This document shows positions 19,069 through 29,568 of a stretch of DNA of 64,000 nucleotides, piece by piece (positions within the stretch are counted from its first letter, which is position 1; each line of letters starts with the position of its first letter). A program made the translations under genes and the position numbers. The notes under the pieces were generated by a model. That model searched no databases. It was not told where the DNA came from and saw nothing but the letters and a program-made list of their open reading frames with translations. This stretch comes from a virus (taxonomy: Duplodnaviria; Caudoviricetes). The stretch is taken from positions 1 to 64,000 of IMG/VR virus record IMGVR_UViG_3300028370_000004; one strand, written 5' to 3'.

Positions 19069-19833
19069 TTAACCGATTACAAAGGAATATCCCTTACCGC
19101 CCGACACTGCCAGGCTTGCCTCGGCGTCTAGTTTTTCCATTTCTGCTTGGGCTTCGGCCTTCAAGCTTCCTCCATTGAGACTTGTTCCGCCTTGCGGACC
19201 AGCAATAGTAGCAAATTTTTCGCGCGCTTCACCTAGCATGTACTTGCAAGTGGCTAGTGTATAATCCTTAATCCACTGATTAGCCAAGTAGTCTAGCAAC
19301 AGCTGACTGTCAGGGCGATGATTGTAAACATATATCAGAACCGTTTCATCTCCCCTGGGCCGGGTAAGAATGGTTAGTTTCTTTGTTGTATTGTTCCATT
19401 TAAATTCTATGTTGCCGCCAAACATGCGTGCAAGCAATTCCTGCTTCTGTGAAAACAATTCATAAGTCGCAAGTCCGCCCATTCCCGATCCTGCCATCAA
19501 GTAGGTGTTGGTGTACGCCAAATTAAACGGATCAAACACGCCGGTTCCATCGCCGCCGCCGCTACGTGCGCCCACACTTCTTCTAAATATCTGTCTAACT
19601 TCCATTATTTCACGTGGCATAATATATTCGTTTTGGTCTTCAACAAATTGCAAAGAAACATAACTTTCTTCGACACTGTGATCGGACTTTTGTCTGTATC
19701 GTGCCAGTGCCCTAGTTAATGCGCTGTTATAATTTCTCGGTTCTAGTTCAACGTCAACCATGCCTCCGCCGAGCATGTCATAAACGTAATCAAATATTTC
19801 TTGTTTTTGTGTTGTTAAATCATTATCGGCCAT
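19069..19833 (-). CDS. Neck protein (gp13-like)
   Basis: LGGGMVDVEL; WIKDYTLA..LGEAREKF..GPQGGTSLNG. Confidence 0.85.
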   Translation of the reverse strand: MADNDLTTQKQEIFDYVYDMLGGGMVDVELEPRNYNSALTRALARYRQKSDHSVEESYVSLQFVEDQNEYIMPREIMEVRQIFRRSVGARSGGGDGTGVFDPFNLAYTNTYLMAGSGMGGLATYELFSQKQELLARMFGGNIEFKWNNTTKKLTILTRPRGDETVLIYVYNHRPDSQLLLDYLANQWIKDYTLATCKYMLGEAREKFATIAGPQGGTSLNGGSLKAEAQAEMEKLDAEASLAVSGGKGYSFVIG

Positions 19834-19848
19834 TTTTGTCTCCTATAG

Positions 19849-19865
19849 TATTTATACGATAAATA
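19849..19865. promoter_or_regulatory. Back-to-back T4-type late promoters driving the divergent gp13 and gp14 genes
   Basis: TATAAATA on the minus strand (19849-19856) and GATAAATA on the plus strand (19858-19865). Confidence 0.7.
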
Positions 19866-19870
19866 TCTGT

Positions 19871-21025
19871 ATGCCAAGACTCAGTTTATTTAGACCCGAA
19901 AAAACCAAAGACTACGAATTTCTAGATAGGATTATCTATGAGCAATTTGCAATCGGCGGCACTGACTTGCACATCTACAAATATCTAGGACCAAAGAATC
20001 CTACAGATGCAAGTGCTACGCCCGGAACACCGCAGTACAGCACCAACAGTCCGTTTAATATTCAAGATTTTGTTTTCTTGGAAAACAGAGATCGAAAGTA
20101 TGATACTGATGTTTACAAAATAAGGGCTGTATACAATGTGTCAGACAATGATTTTAATTTAAGTCAATTTGGTTTGTTTTTGTCAAATGATATTCTTTAT
20201 CTAACTGTTCACATTAACGGTTCTGTAAAAACAATTGGACGAAAAATTATTGCAGGCGATGTTGTAGAACTTCCTCACCTCGAAGATGAGTATGCGCTAA
20301 ACGACTTTTCGGTGGCATTAAAGAGATTCTATGTCGTTGAGGAAGTTACAAGAGCAAGCGAAGGATACAGCCAAACTTGGTATCCACATCTTTATAGACT
20401 CAAACTAAAGCAAATTACAGCCAGTCAGGAATACGAAGATATTCTTAACATGCCAACCGGCGAAGGTACTACCGAAACCCTCGGCGACGTATTAAGCACA
20501 TACGAAACCGATATGCAAATCAATAATGCAATCATCGGTCAGGCCGAAACCGATGCAAAGCTAAGTGGATACGACACCAGCCACTTTTATACTTTACAAG
20601 TTGATGCGGACGGCAAGCCCGAACTAGTTACTGTTGACTCGTCTGACATCAATGTTAGCTCTAATATACTAGCAGATAGAATAAGCATGTCTCCAGAAAG
20701 ATCAGGATACTGCGGATATCTACTAGGAGACGGGTTGCCGCCAAACGGAGAATACTTTGGTGTAGGCGGAGAATTCCCTACAAATGGCACAGAAGGTGAT
20801 TATATTTTACGCACCGATTTTATGCCAAACAGATTATATAGATTCAACGGCACAGCATGGTCAAAGATAGAAGACAATGTAAGACACACTTTGACAAATA
20901 CCAACGATAGACAAACTCAGAAGTCTTCGTTTGTCAACAATACAACTATTAACAGCATTGGCGGAGAAAGTGTTGAAGAACGGCAAAGCCTTTCAAATGC
21001 GCTTAGACCAAAAGCAGACGACTAA
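19871..21025 (+). CDS. Neck / head-closure protein (gp14-like)
   Basis: FLENRDRKYD; LSQFGLF; GDVVELPHL; divergent from gp13. Confidence 0.75.
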   Translation: MPRLSLFRPEKTKDYEFLDRIIYEQFAIGGTDLHIYKYLGPKNPTDASATPGTPQYSTNSPFNIQDFVFLENRDRKYDTDVYKIRAVYNVSDNDFNLSQFGLFLSNDILYLTVHINGSVKTIGRKIIAGDVVELPHLEDEYALNDFSVALKRFYVVEEVTRASEGYSQTWYPHLYRLKLKQITASQEYEDILNMPTGEGTTETLGDVLSTYETDMQINNAIIGQAETDAKLSGYDTSHFYTLQVDADGKPELVTVDSSDINVSSNILADRISMSPERSGYCGYLLGDGLPPNGEYFGVGGEFPTNGTEGDYILRTDFMPNRLYRFNGTAWSKIEDNVRHTLTNTNDRQTQKSSFVNNTTINSIGGESVEERQSLSNALRPKADD

Positions 21026-21058
21026 TGCACTTTCATTTAGTCATACAGGAGAAATAAC

Positions 21059-22591
21059 ATACAACATTTTTACGACGGCCAAGTAAAAAGATATATTACT
21101 CAGGTAATACGCTTGATGAGCAATTTCCATTGGAAAAATGGCAGTGGCGACATAAAACAGATTCCTGTTATGTACGGCGATATGACTCGTCAGGTTGCAT
21201 CGATCATAAAAGAAAACAGTGAAAATAAACTAATCAGTGTTCCGCGTATGAGCGTGTACATTACAGGGCTGGACATCGACCGTACTAGAACCAGTGATTC
21301 TAGTTTCGTAAGTAAAGTAAACATTCGAGAACAGGCATTTGACGTTGACGGGAATGAATACCTAAACACACAAGGCAAAAACTACACAATTGAACGGCTT
21401 ATGCCAACACCGTACACAATGACGCTAAACGTGGACATTTGGTCAAGCAACACTGATCAAAAACTGCAAATTTTAGAACAGATACTAATGCTGTTTAATC
21501 CAAGTTTAGAAATACAAACTTCTGACAACTATTTAGATTGGACAAGTTTGAGCGTTGTTAATTTAGACAAGGTCGAGTTTAGCAACAGAACTATTCCAGT
21601 AGGAACCGACAGCGAAATTGACATTGCTACATTAAACTTTAGTACACCTATATATATTTCGGCGCCAGCCAAAGTCAAAAGACTTGGTGTTGTTACCAAC
21701 ATTATTACAAGCATTTTGACAGAAAGCAACAACATCAACCTTGACCTTGACCTCGCCCCTGACCTTGACCTTGACCTTGACACACCTAGGTTTAGTTCGC
21801 CGGGTTTGACGGAAAAATCAAGTGTATCAGACAGTACCGGAAACAATACGCCTACTGTTGACAAGGAAGAATTTCCTAATGTTGGCAGCGGACTAGTTGA
21901 TATCAAAACCCGGCGTAGCCTTGCCGCCGGACCTGGCGCGTCACTTGTGTTAAGTACAACATATAAAGACTATGGAATATATGTAATAAACAACACTGCC
22001 AAGCTTGTCAAAGGAACTGTCATAGGAACAGTGTCATGGAAGTCGTTGATGGATGTGCAGCCTGGAACATATCAGGCAACTATCAGCCAAATTAGAATTA
22101 AAAAGGCCGAGCAAGGACTGTATATAATCGGCTATGTTACCATTGACAGCAATGACGAAACAATATTAAACATTTCGTGGGATACCGACACTATCCCGTC
22201 AAATACTGTGCTAGAAGGCCCAGCAAGAAATCCATCAAGTTGGACAACAGTTGATTTTATTATTGACCCGTTGAGATGGAGTCCTGTTGACAGACTGGTT
22301 CCAGGATTGAGATTACTAATACTCGACAACATCGGCAACACTATAAACACAGATGGTGCCGACGCATGGAAGAACGCCGACAACACAGACTTTGTAGCAG
22401 ACGAAGGTGATATTATCGAATGGAGTGGAACACAGTGGTCCGTTATTTTTGATGCAAGTACTGCAACTGATACAATATACACCAGCAACCTCAATACTGG
22501 CGTACAGTACAAGTGGACACCCAAGGGATGGATTAAATCCTTTGAAGGCGAATATTCAGGAGGAACCTGGATGCTGTACTTAGATGGCTAA
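21059..22591 (+). CDS. Tail terminator / sheath stabiliser (gp15-like); probable ATA start
   Basis: QHFYDGQVKRY..IPVMYG..PRMS..PTPY..QILEQILMLFNP; AGGAG 7 nt before ATA 21059. Confidence 0.8.
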   Translation: MQHFYDGQVKRYITQVIRLMSNFHWKNGSGDIKQIPVMYGDMTRQVASIIKENSENKLISVPRMSVYITGLDIDRTRTSDSSFVSKVNIREQAFDVDGNEYLNTQGKNYTIERLMPTPYTMTLNVDIWSSNTDQKLQILEQILMLFNPSLEIQTSDNYLDWTSLSVVNLDKVEFSNRTIPVGTDSEIDIATLNFSTPIYISAPAKVKRLGVVTNIITSILTESNNINLDLDLAPDLDLDLDTPRFSSPGLTEKSSVSDSTGNNTPTVDKEEFPNVGSGLVDIKTRRSLAAGPGASLVLSTTYKDYGIYVINNTAKLVKGTVIGTVSWKSLMDVQPGTYQATISQIRIKKAEQGLYIIGYVTIDSNDETILNISWDTDTIPSNTVLEGPARNPSSWTTVDFIIDPLRWSPVDRLVPGLRLLILDNIGNTINTDGADAWKNADNTDFVADEGDIIEWSGTQWSVIFDASTATDTIYTSNLNTGVQYKWTPKGWIKSFEGEYSGGTWMLYLDG

Positions 22592-22599
22592 CTATTAGT

Positions 22600-23034
22600 A
22601 TGAAAAAGATTGTATGCTCTGGTGCCCTGTTCTACACATTAGACACCAATAGATTTTTATTACTCCACAGAACTCAAAGTAAACAAAATAATGTTTGGGG
22701 GCTAGTTGGTGGCACCAACGAGGAAAAAGAAACTCCGTGGGAAGGTCTGCGAAGAGAAATTCAAGAAGAAATTGGAACTATTCCAGACATTAAGAAAACT
22801 ATTCCCTTAGAAACATTTGTTAGCAACGACGAACATTTTAGCTTTCATACATACTTGTGTGTAACAAACCACGAGTTCATTCCTGTACTAAATGACGAAC
22901 ATGACGGGTATGCATGGGTTACTTTTGGAAAGTGGCCAAAGCCGCTTCACCAAGGACTTGCTAACACACTAAGAAGCAAGACTAACAAACAGAAACTCGA
23001 AACTGTGTTTAAGTTAATTGACTTAATTTCTTAA
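22600..23034 (+). CDS. NUDIX hydrolase
   Basis: Nudix box GG..E.ETPWEGLRREIQEEIG; LNDEHDGYAW. Confidence 0.9.
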   Translation: MKKIVCSGALFYTLDTNRFLLLHRTQSKQNNVWGLVGGTNEEKETPWEGLRREIQEEIGTIPDIKKTIPLETFVSNDEHFSFHTYLCVTNHEFIPVLNDEHDGYAWVTFGKWPKPLHQGLANTLRSKTNKQKLETVFKLIDLIS

Positions 23035-23047
23035 AAATAGTTATATT

Positions 23048-26000
23048 TTAAATAGACTTTTTAAAATGATAATCTCCATCGACATCGGTATTAATAAAAT
23101 TAGAAACTAATTCAAATCCAATTGATTGCAGGTATTCAATTACTTCAGGTGATTTCGGCGCCCCTTTGTTATAATCTACGTGCTGCGCTTCAAGGATAAT
23201 GTCAGTAACATTAGCCAACACACAAGTACTACCTCTGAGTACATCCAATTCGGCTCCTTGAACATCTAACTTAATCATATCTGGTAACGGCCAATTATTC
23301 TGTTTAGCAATATAATCTAGTGTATATCCTGTCCTGTTGGTTTTATGACTATTGTTATATGCTTCGGTGTTTTCTAAATAGTAAGAATTTCCACCTGGAT
23401 CATTACTATTTTCATAAAACTCAACCTCTTTGTTATCAGAGTCTGATAACACTGCTATTTTCCATTTGTGTCCCGAAGTTTCAAGAAACGGCTGAACTGA
23501 CATAGTAGCATCAACTAAGCAAAATTCTGCTTCTGGCCAGATACTACTAGCATGACGAGTCCAATGTAACACACATGCTCCGATGTCGTAAATTACCTTA
23601 GGATTGCTGTTTATTTTTTTTAGATACTCTACATGAAGTGCTGGTAAAAGATCTCGATCTGCTACGCTCTGCAAATGTGGTATTTCTTCTTTATCAGAAG
23701 TTACAACAAATTTAGTATTTCCGATATGATCGCAGCGAATAGATTCATCTGCCCATATAGTAAATCCGTGCGCGCGAGCTTTTTTGCAGAAGTAAATGTC
23801 TTCGGATATTGTGTCTTTGTGATCCAATGCTGATTGATAATAAAAATGTGGATATTCAAGTTGTCTAAACACATTACTATTAATAAGAACACATCCCATG
23901 CCACACCCTGCAATCTCTACTATTCCTTTTCCTTGTATAGCAGTAATTGGAATATTTGTGCAGCCGCCGTTTCCAGAATCCATGTACACCTCAAGTGTAT
24001 GAGTGTCAGGAATTCGCTGAATATACAACCCGCTAATAACATCTTTGTCAGCTTTTAACATTTTAACTAATGTATCAGGCTGTAATACAATATCGCTATC
24101 TACAGAAAACAAATAATCATAGTTTTTAGCCCATTTACCAATAAGGTTTCTTATTTGATCTATTTGATATCCGTAAAAAAATTGAAATTCTGTTTCATAA
24201 CCGTCGGGCACTATTAAGTCATATACTGACTTCATCGTTTCCGGTTCTATATATTTGTTAGTCGGAATTCCAATTAGTATTTTTTTATTAGTCATATACG
24301 ATCTTTCTGAATTTAGTGTTTGTTCTACTGCATTTACCTTGTAGTCGTTGAGAGGATTAATGTCATTGTAGTTAACTATTATTTCTTTTATAGCTTTTGG
24401 ATTTGTACTATCTTCGATCATTTTGTAGAACATAGGATTATCGGCGCCCGACTTCATGAACTCTCCACTGGAGTCTTTTACTACACTGGTATCAAACTTG
24501 CGAGCTAGTTTTCCGCTAACTGTTCTTAGATGAGTGTAGGGTATTCCCCAATTAAATTTACAAGATCTATATGTTTTATCTTGTATTACATCCGGTGGAT
24601 AATCCTGTGCAATTAAAGGAATGTCGTCTGCTAAACTTTGCATCGACCCGTACGTAAAATCGTGACCTTTGCTGTAGAGATTGTTGTACATATGAAAGAT
24701 AGTCGGATTGTTAACTAGCCAATCATCTCCGTCGAGCAACATAATAATATCGTCGTCTGCTGCAATATTAAACACATCTACTTGATTATTTGCTGCGCCT
24801 TTGCGATGATCGTTTAGCGTTACCGTGACACGATCTTGAATTTCTTGTGGTTGCTTTGCTAATTCTTCTTGAATAATTTTTGTAGTATCATCGTTGCTAT
24901 TGTCATCTGTTATATAGTGTTGCCAGTTGGTATAGTCCTGTGTCCACACTGACAAGCAGTGATTTCTGATATAGTCTTGTGCATTCCTAACAGGACTTAC
25001 GACTACAACATTACGTTGATGATTGTATGATATATACTTTTTTCTATCTTCCTTATTGTTAAATCGACGGCCGTATATTCGTGTCACAGATTGATTAATT
25101 TCGTCGGCTTGATGATAAGTTTCTACATCAAGAAATTCTCCAAGAATGTTGTAAAAATGTTGTTTCCACTGTATAGCAACCGTGCGCCAGCTGTACACGT
25201 CGTCTACTACATTGCAATAGTTTTGTTTTTGTTGTAATAAGTAAGGGTTCCTAACTGCGTCTACAACGGTTTTAACAAATTTCATCGCTTGCTCGGTTTC
25301 ATTAATGTTGTTAAAAAGTGCATTATTAGTCGACGAGTATGGTATTTTATAGCATGCTGTGTCAATTGCAGTTTCTTCTAGTGCCCCAAATGTGTTTGTT
25401 ATTATAGGAGTATTATATAATAAACTTTCCAAAGAAGAAATGCCAAATGTTTCAGGGAACGCCGTTGGGTACAGCATCATTGATGCGTTTGCTAAAATTT
25501 CTGCAATCTCAAACTGGGGTATTACCCCAGTAAAAGTTACGCCGTTGGGTGCTAATTCTATTAGCTTATTGACCATTAATTCTTGCGCGTCGGGCTGGGC
25601 ATTATCTCGATGTCTGTAAAATCCCCCAATGCATGTTAAGTGTGCAGATGGTAACGCAATTTTAATGTTTGGCCAAATATTATTTACAAGAGGAATTAAT
25701 CCCTTGGTTGCACTCGCATTATAAACAAAGTGCATAGGATCTTTTGCGTTTATGTTAACGAAAGGTATATGCTTTACTGCGCCGTTTCTAGTTTGAAAGA
25801 ATTTATGCTTGAGCATTTCAAAATTTCTTTTGTTTCCGTGGTCACAGCTGGTTACATACCAGCTGTGAAAATCAGATAATGTAAATACTTCGTCAATGTA
25901 TCCGTGTACTAGCATTGCTTCGAGATCACTGTCACCTTCGCAAAATGTGTCGTGCATCCACAATATGCGTTTTTTAGCAAGCATTGCTATTTTTTCATAT

Positions 26001-26281
26001 TTGTTGCTTGTACGAAATGGTAAAGTAGTGCGCGAACTTATAAAAATATCATACTCTACAGTTGGGCAGTGCTGAGAGTGGTCAATGTATGTCACTCCGT
26101 TATAATTACCAGGTGATGCCCGACTGTCAAGACAGTTATTATAAACTGTTACATCAAACCCTAAGTTAGATAACTCTTTGCTTATAAGGATTACTGCAGA
26201 TTCGCTCCCACCTAACCCTCGGACAGTTAGTGTATCTCCGTCATAGGCTAAGCCTAGTGTGTCAACGATTGCTATTTTCAT
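23048..26281 (-). CDS. Multidomain glycosyltransferase (GT-B/GT4 + two GT-A/GT2 domains) fused to an FkbM-family methyltransferase
   Basis: GLGGSE and ETFGISSLE (GT4); DDNSND and LDGDDWL (GT2); VDSDIV..SEDIYFC (GT2-like); YDIGA..IKLDVQGAELDVL (FkbM). Confidence 0.85.
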   Translation of the reverse strand: MKIAIVDTLGLAYDGDTLTVRGLGGSESAVILISKELSNLGFDVTVYNNCLDSRASPGNYNGVTYIDHSQHCPTVEYDIFISSRTTLPFRTSNKYEKIAMLAKKRILWMHDTFCEGDSDLEAMLVHGYIDEVFTLSDFHSWYVTSCDHGNKRNFEMLKHKFFQTRNGAVKHIPFVNINAKDPMHFVYNASATKGLIPLVNNIWPNIKIALPSAHLTCIGGFYRHRDNAQPDAQELMVNKLIELAPNGVTFTGVIPQFEIAEILANASMMLYPTAFPETFGISSLESLLYNTPIITNTFGALEETAIDTACYKIPYSSTNNALFNNINETEQAMKFVKTVVDAVRNPYLLQQKQNYCNVVDDVYSWRTVAIQWKQHFYNILGEFLDVETYHQADEINQSVTRIYGRRFNNKEDRKKYISYNHQRNVVVVSPVRNAQDYIRNHCLSVWTQDYTNWQHYITDDNSNDDTTKIIQEELAKQPQEIQDRVTVTLNDHRKGAANNQVDVFNIAADDDIIMLLDGDDWLVNNPTIFHMYNNLYSKGHDFTYGSMQSLADDIPLIAQDYPPDVIQDKTYRSCKFNWGIPYTHLRTVSGKLARKFDTSVVKDSSGEFMKSGADNPMFYKMIEDSTNPKAIKEIIVNYNDINPLNDYKVNAVEQTLNSERSYMTNKKILIGIPTNKYIEPETMKSVYDLIVPDGYETEFQFFYGYQIDQIRNLIGKWAKNYDYLFSVDSDIVLQPDTLVKMLKADKDVISGLYIQRIPDTHTLEVYMDSGNGGCTNIPITAIQGKGIVEIAGCGMGCVLINSNVFRQLEYPHFYYQSALDHKDTISEDIYFCKKARAHGFTIWADESIRCDHIGNTKFVVTSDKEEIPHLQSVADRDLLPALHVEYLKKINSNPKVIYDIGACVLHWTRHASSIWPEAEFCLVDATMSVQPFLETSGHKWKIAVLSDSDNKEVEFYENSNDPGGNSYYLENTEAYNNSHKTNRTGYTLDYIAKQNNWPLPDMIKLDVQGAELDVLRGSTCVLANVTDIILEAQHVDYNKGAPKSPEVIEYLQSIGFELVSNFINTDVDGDYHFKKSI

Positions 26282-26287
26282 ATTATA

Positions 26288-26316
26288 ACTATACAATTAA
26301 ATATACCAATTGTCAA
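26288..26316 (-). promoter_or_regulatory. Sigma70-type promoter 6 nt before the ATG (leaderless)
   Basis: TTGACA-17 nt-TATAGT-TATAAT-ATG. Confidence 0.6.
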
Positions 26317-26384
26317 TCTATATCTTCAGACAGTTTCGCTTAGTAGTTACTTCCATGTTGAACTACTCTCTATTTATGACTAAA

Positions 26385-27170
26385 TTAAAAACCTGTATGT
26401 TTGCTCCTGACAAAATCTAAATCATATAATGAATAGCTAATATCAACTTTTTCACCTTCAAAGGGCGATCCGTTCGGTTGTACATTTCTCCAACCTATAC
26501 CCCACTTTCTTGTCAAGTAATCAATATTCATAAGGTTAGATTTATCAAGAATAACTTTCAGATTTGGGTCTGATTTTTCAGTCTGTCTTCCGTGCTCGTA
26601 ATAGTCTTTCGCTTCGCCAGTACCATGCAAATAAGAGTGTTTTAATCCAACTATAGATTTAACACCTTTGTTCTTCATTTTCATTATATAGTCTGCGTCC
26701 TCGCAATATGCAGGATAAGTGTTCTCATCAAATAGTCCAAGCTGTTTTACTGTTCTTTCGTGCATAGCAAACAAATCCCAAGCCCCGAGACCGAAATCAC
26801 CTGAATTAGGATGTACCGTACCTACATCTGTATCACTCGACATAATACCATGAATCTCGTTTAGTAATCCAGAATTAAACGCCACATCATCGTTTGCAAT
26901 AATCCAATACGGTGCGTTCATGTAACATTTTATAATAAGATTCCAAGCACCTCCACATCCAATATTAGAAGGCATGTGTACAACTTTTATGTTGTCAATA
27001 TAACGATGCTTCATTTTGACAATCATGTTTAGTTCTTCGTCTAATTGGCCTCTACCATTGTTATTAATTATAACAAAGTCCTTTATAGGATAGTCAACAC
27101 TTAATAATAATCTATTGACCCAATAGCTACTATTTACAACCGCTGTGCCGATAACAGGTATTTTATCCAC
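26385..27170 (-). CDS. GT2-family glycosyltransferase
   Basis: NIGCGGAWN..ANDDV..GLFDENTYPAYCEDADY; likely GTG start at 27170. Confidence 0.85.
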   Translation of the reverse strand: MDKIPVIGTAVVNSSYWVNRLLLSVDYPIKDFVIINNNGRGQLDEELNMIVKMKHRYIDNIKVVHMPSNIGCGGAWNLIIKCYMNAPYWIIANDDVAFNSGLLNEIHGIMSSDTDVGTVHPNSGDFGLGAWDLFAMHERTVKQLGLFDENTYPAYCEDADYIMKMKNKGVKSIVGLKHSYLHGTGEAKDYYEHGRQTEKSDPNLKVILDKSNLMNIDYLTRKWGIGWRNVQPNGSPFEGEKVDISYSLYDLDFVRSKHTGF

Positions 27171-28422
27171 TATACATACCAAACATATATTTTTCGGCTT
27201 TCTTCGTGGCATCACCTTCTACTGTAAGTTTTTTAATTGTATCAGCATCTACAAGATCTGGATGAACAAACCAATCTTCATATGGTCTAGAATCGTCTGG
27301 TGATATATTAGATACTACTAATACATATCCGTAAGACTTCAAAAATGCTCTTGCCTTTTCTCTTACTTTTGTGTGTGGTTGTGCATAGTGGTCATGTTCA
27401 AATGTTACAACTGAAAACTTGAAAGTATCAAACGGCATAGAATAAAGAACCTTCAGAGACACATCTGAAGGATCGACATCAATCTGTAGATAATCTATAT
27501 TAGAAGGCAAACTCATCCCTGTAAAATATTTGTCGTAATTTATTGTAGTCGCATCTTTTAATATGGCAGTGTGCTTTCGCTCGCTGCTATGCTGTGTGAT
27601 GGAATTTTCATCTACATCTAACGAAATTCCATTCCATCCAAAGTCTTTTTCCAACAGATATGTGTTATTGCCGTATGATGGGTGTCCCGAACCAATTTCC
27701 ACGTACGTTCCGTTTCTCTTGCCGTTGGTTGCTGTTAATACAAACATGTCTTGATATGCCTCAGAGTAGTTTCTTTCCACATTCCCCGCGCCATCGAACC
27801 TAATCTGGAGATTAGGCAATTTGCCATGTTCGTAATTAATCAGTGTCTTGGTGCTAAATGCGCCCATGTTGATCAGATTGTTTCTTACAGAAGTTTTATA
27901 TTCTTCCGCCATATCATAGTTCATATGAAGGTCTAAGAATATGGTTTTTGTTTCTTCATTGAGTCCGTTCCACCAACCCATGATGCCTTTTTGAAATAGT
28001 AGTTGGTACTTGCCGTGAAAATTTACAGAATGTCTGAGACCATCTCCATCAAATTCGCACACTGTGATGGCAATAGAACATAATGTGTACGAATCGAGAT
28101 ATCTTCCTTGATTGGCCTCATTGTGTTCTTGCATTTTACTTAAAAGAAAGTAGGCTTCTGGTCTTTTCGGTAAAATTGATATTGCTTGCTGTAACATTCC
28201 TTTGACTGTAAATCTACGTGTCCCTTGCATTTCAAAGCAATTTGCGCCATGTAAGAGACATTCATATCTTAACAACAAGTCTTCTGTTCTTTCCGCCGTC
28301 CTGATATAATAAGATACCGCAGAAGCAGTTTGTCCAATATCATGATAATATCTTGCAAGTGCAAAATTTGTTTCAGGGTCATTTGGCGAACATACAAATT
28401 GATTCAGTAGAGTATCTATCAT
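27163..28422 (-). CDS. TPR-repeat protein fused to an FkbM-like methyltransferase
   Basis: PKRPEAYFLLS TPR-like helices; SEAYQDMFV, YVEIGS, IDYLQIDVD, FEHD, YEDWFV. Confidence 0.8.
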   Translation of the reverse strand: MIDTLLNQFVCSPNDPETNFALARYYHDIGQTASAVSYYIRTAERTEDLLLRYECLLHGANCFEMQGTRRFTVKGMLQQAISILPKRPEAYFLLSKMQEHNEANQGRYLDSYTLCSIAITVCEFDGDGLRHSVNFHGKYQLLFQKGIMGWWNGLNEETKTIFLDLHMNYDMAEEYKTSVRNNLINMGAFSTKTLINYEHGKLPNLQIRFDGAGNVERNYSEAYQDMFVLTATNGKRNGTYVEIGSGHPSYGNNTYLLEKDFGWNGISLDVDENSITQHSSERKHTAILKDATTINYDKYFTGMSLPSNIDYLQIDVDPSDVSLKVLYSMPFDTFKFSVVTFEHDHYAQPHTKVREKARAFLKSYGYVLVVSNISPDDSRPYEDWFVHPDLVDADTIKKLTVEGDATKKAEKYMFGMYSG

Positions 28423-28453
28423 AATATAATTATCCTGTATTCTGTTTGAAGAT

Positions 28454-29524
28454 TCATATGTGAAACGCGCAATTTGTGTTGACGAAATTGACCAAGTCTT
28501 TTAGTGTAGTTTGTAAAATGTATGCTGCATTGTCTTGGAAACCAAATGTAATTAAGATTTCATCGTTTTTATTAAAACACATACCTACTGCAAATTCGAC
28601 ATGGCCATTCATCATTGAGAAATCTGTTGTATATTTTACAATGTTCCAGTCACTGTCCCAAATTACAAAGCGGTGCCTATACACTGCATCTTTTCTGTTG
28701 TGTTCGCTCTGGAACAGATCAACTTCATGTATCAAAGCAATTCTGTGACCTTCATCACCAAATGGAATCACTTGCGTACCACCTCTAAAATCATTTGGTG
28801 CGTCTACATAGTTGGATATTTTTACAGTTTTGGATTCTCCAGTGTTTGGGTCAACACTAACCAATTCAGTTGGGTTGGACCATTTTACATATGTGTAATC
28901 CATGTCAGTAACAGGCATCCAATTTTTTTCACAATACGAATTTTGATCATTAGGTGGCGCAATTCTAACTCTTGATACTTCTGTAACTTTACCGTCTGAA
29001 TAATCAAGTTCAGACAATTCCATTCTTCCTTGACCGTTTGTAGTGGTGTCTCGTCGTACGCCAGTTGCATACATTTTCCCATCCCAAACAACCAATCTCA
29101 CATCTTCGAGACCGACAAAATCCCACATAGGCTCGTATGTGTCAAATTTGGTGGCGTCTATTTCGTTAAATGATGTGATATCAAGCGATTGGTCTAATTC
29201 GCAAAAGAAGTTTCTTGTTCTGAGATATTGGTCATTTTCTGGATGTAGATATGTAAGCGGACCCCATTGGTGTTGCAACAACTTTTTTTCGGAGTGATAA
29301 AAAGTGTAATTTACATGTCTGATGTTCACTGCTAATTTGCCGTTTGGTAGCTTATATATGGTGGGATTCATCAACCCTGTTCCACTGGTATTTTCAGATG
29401 GAATGACAAGCGGTTTAATTTTGCCACCGAGACTGATCGCATATTTCGCAAAAGATTCGTCGTTTCCGAATCGGTATTGATTTTCTATCTCTGCATCGCT
29501 TTTTTTCAATTCTTTCATGTGCAT
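28454..29524 (-). CDS. Five-bladed beta-propeller glycosidase-like protein
   Basis: MNPTI, GLEDVRL, CEKNWMP, RGGTQ, VEFAVG motifs. Confidence 0.65.
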   Translation of the reverse strand: MHMKELKKSDAEIENQYRFGNDESFAKYAISLGGKIKPLVIPSENTSGTGLMNPTIYKLPNGKLAVNIRHVNYTFYHSEKKLLQHQWGPLTYLHPENDQYLRTRNFFCELDQSLDITSFNEIDATKFDTYEPMWDFVGLEDVRLVVWDGKMYATGVRRDTTTNGQGRMELSELDYSDGKVTEVSRVRIAPPNDQNSYCEKNWMPVTDMDYTYVKWSNPTELVSVDPNTGESKTVKISNYVDAPNDFRGGTQVIPFGDEGHRIALIHEVDLFQSEHNRKDAVYRHRFVIWDSDWNIVKYTTDFSMMNGHVEFAVGMCFNKNDEILITFGFQDNAAYILQTTLKDLVNFVNTNCAFHI

Positions 29525-29568
29525 CCTATAATCACTAGTTGGTTTTCAAAAATTCTATTACGATGTAT

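Noticed and set aside
26310-26380. TAAATA followed by a short ORF MEVTTKRNCLKI
   Set aside because: Too short to support; may be a gene remnant.
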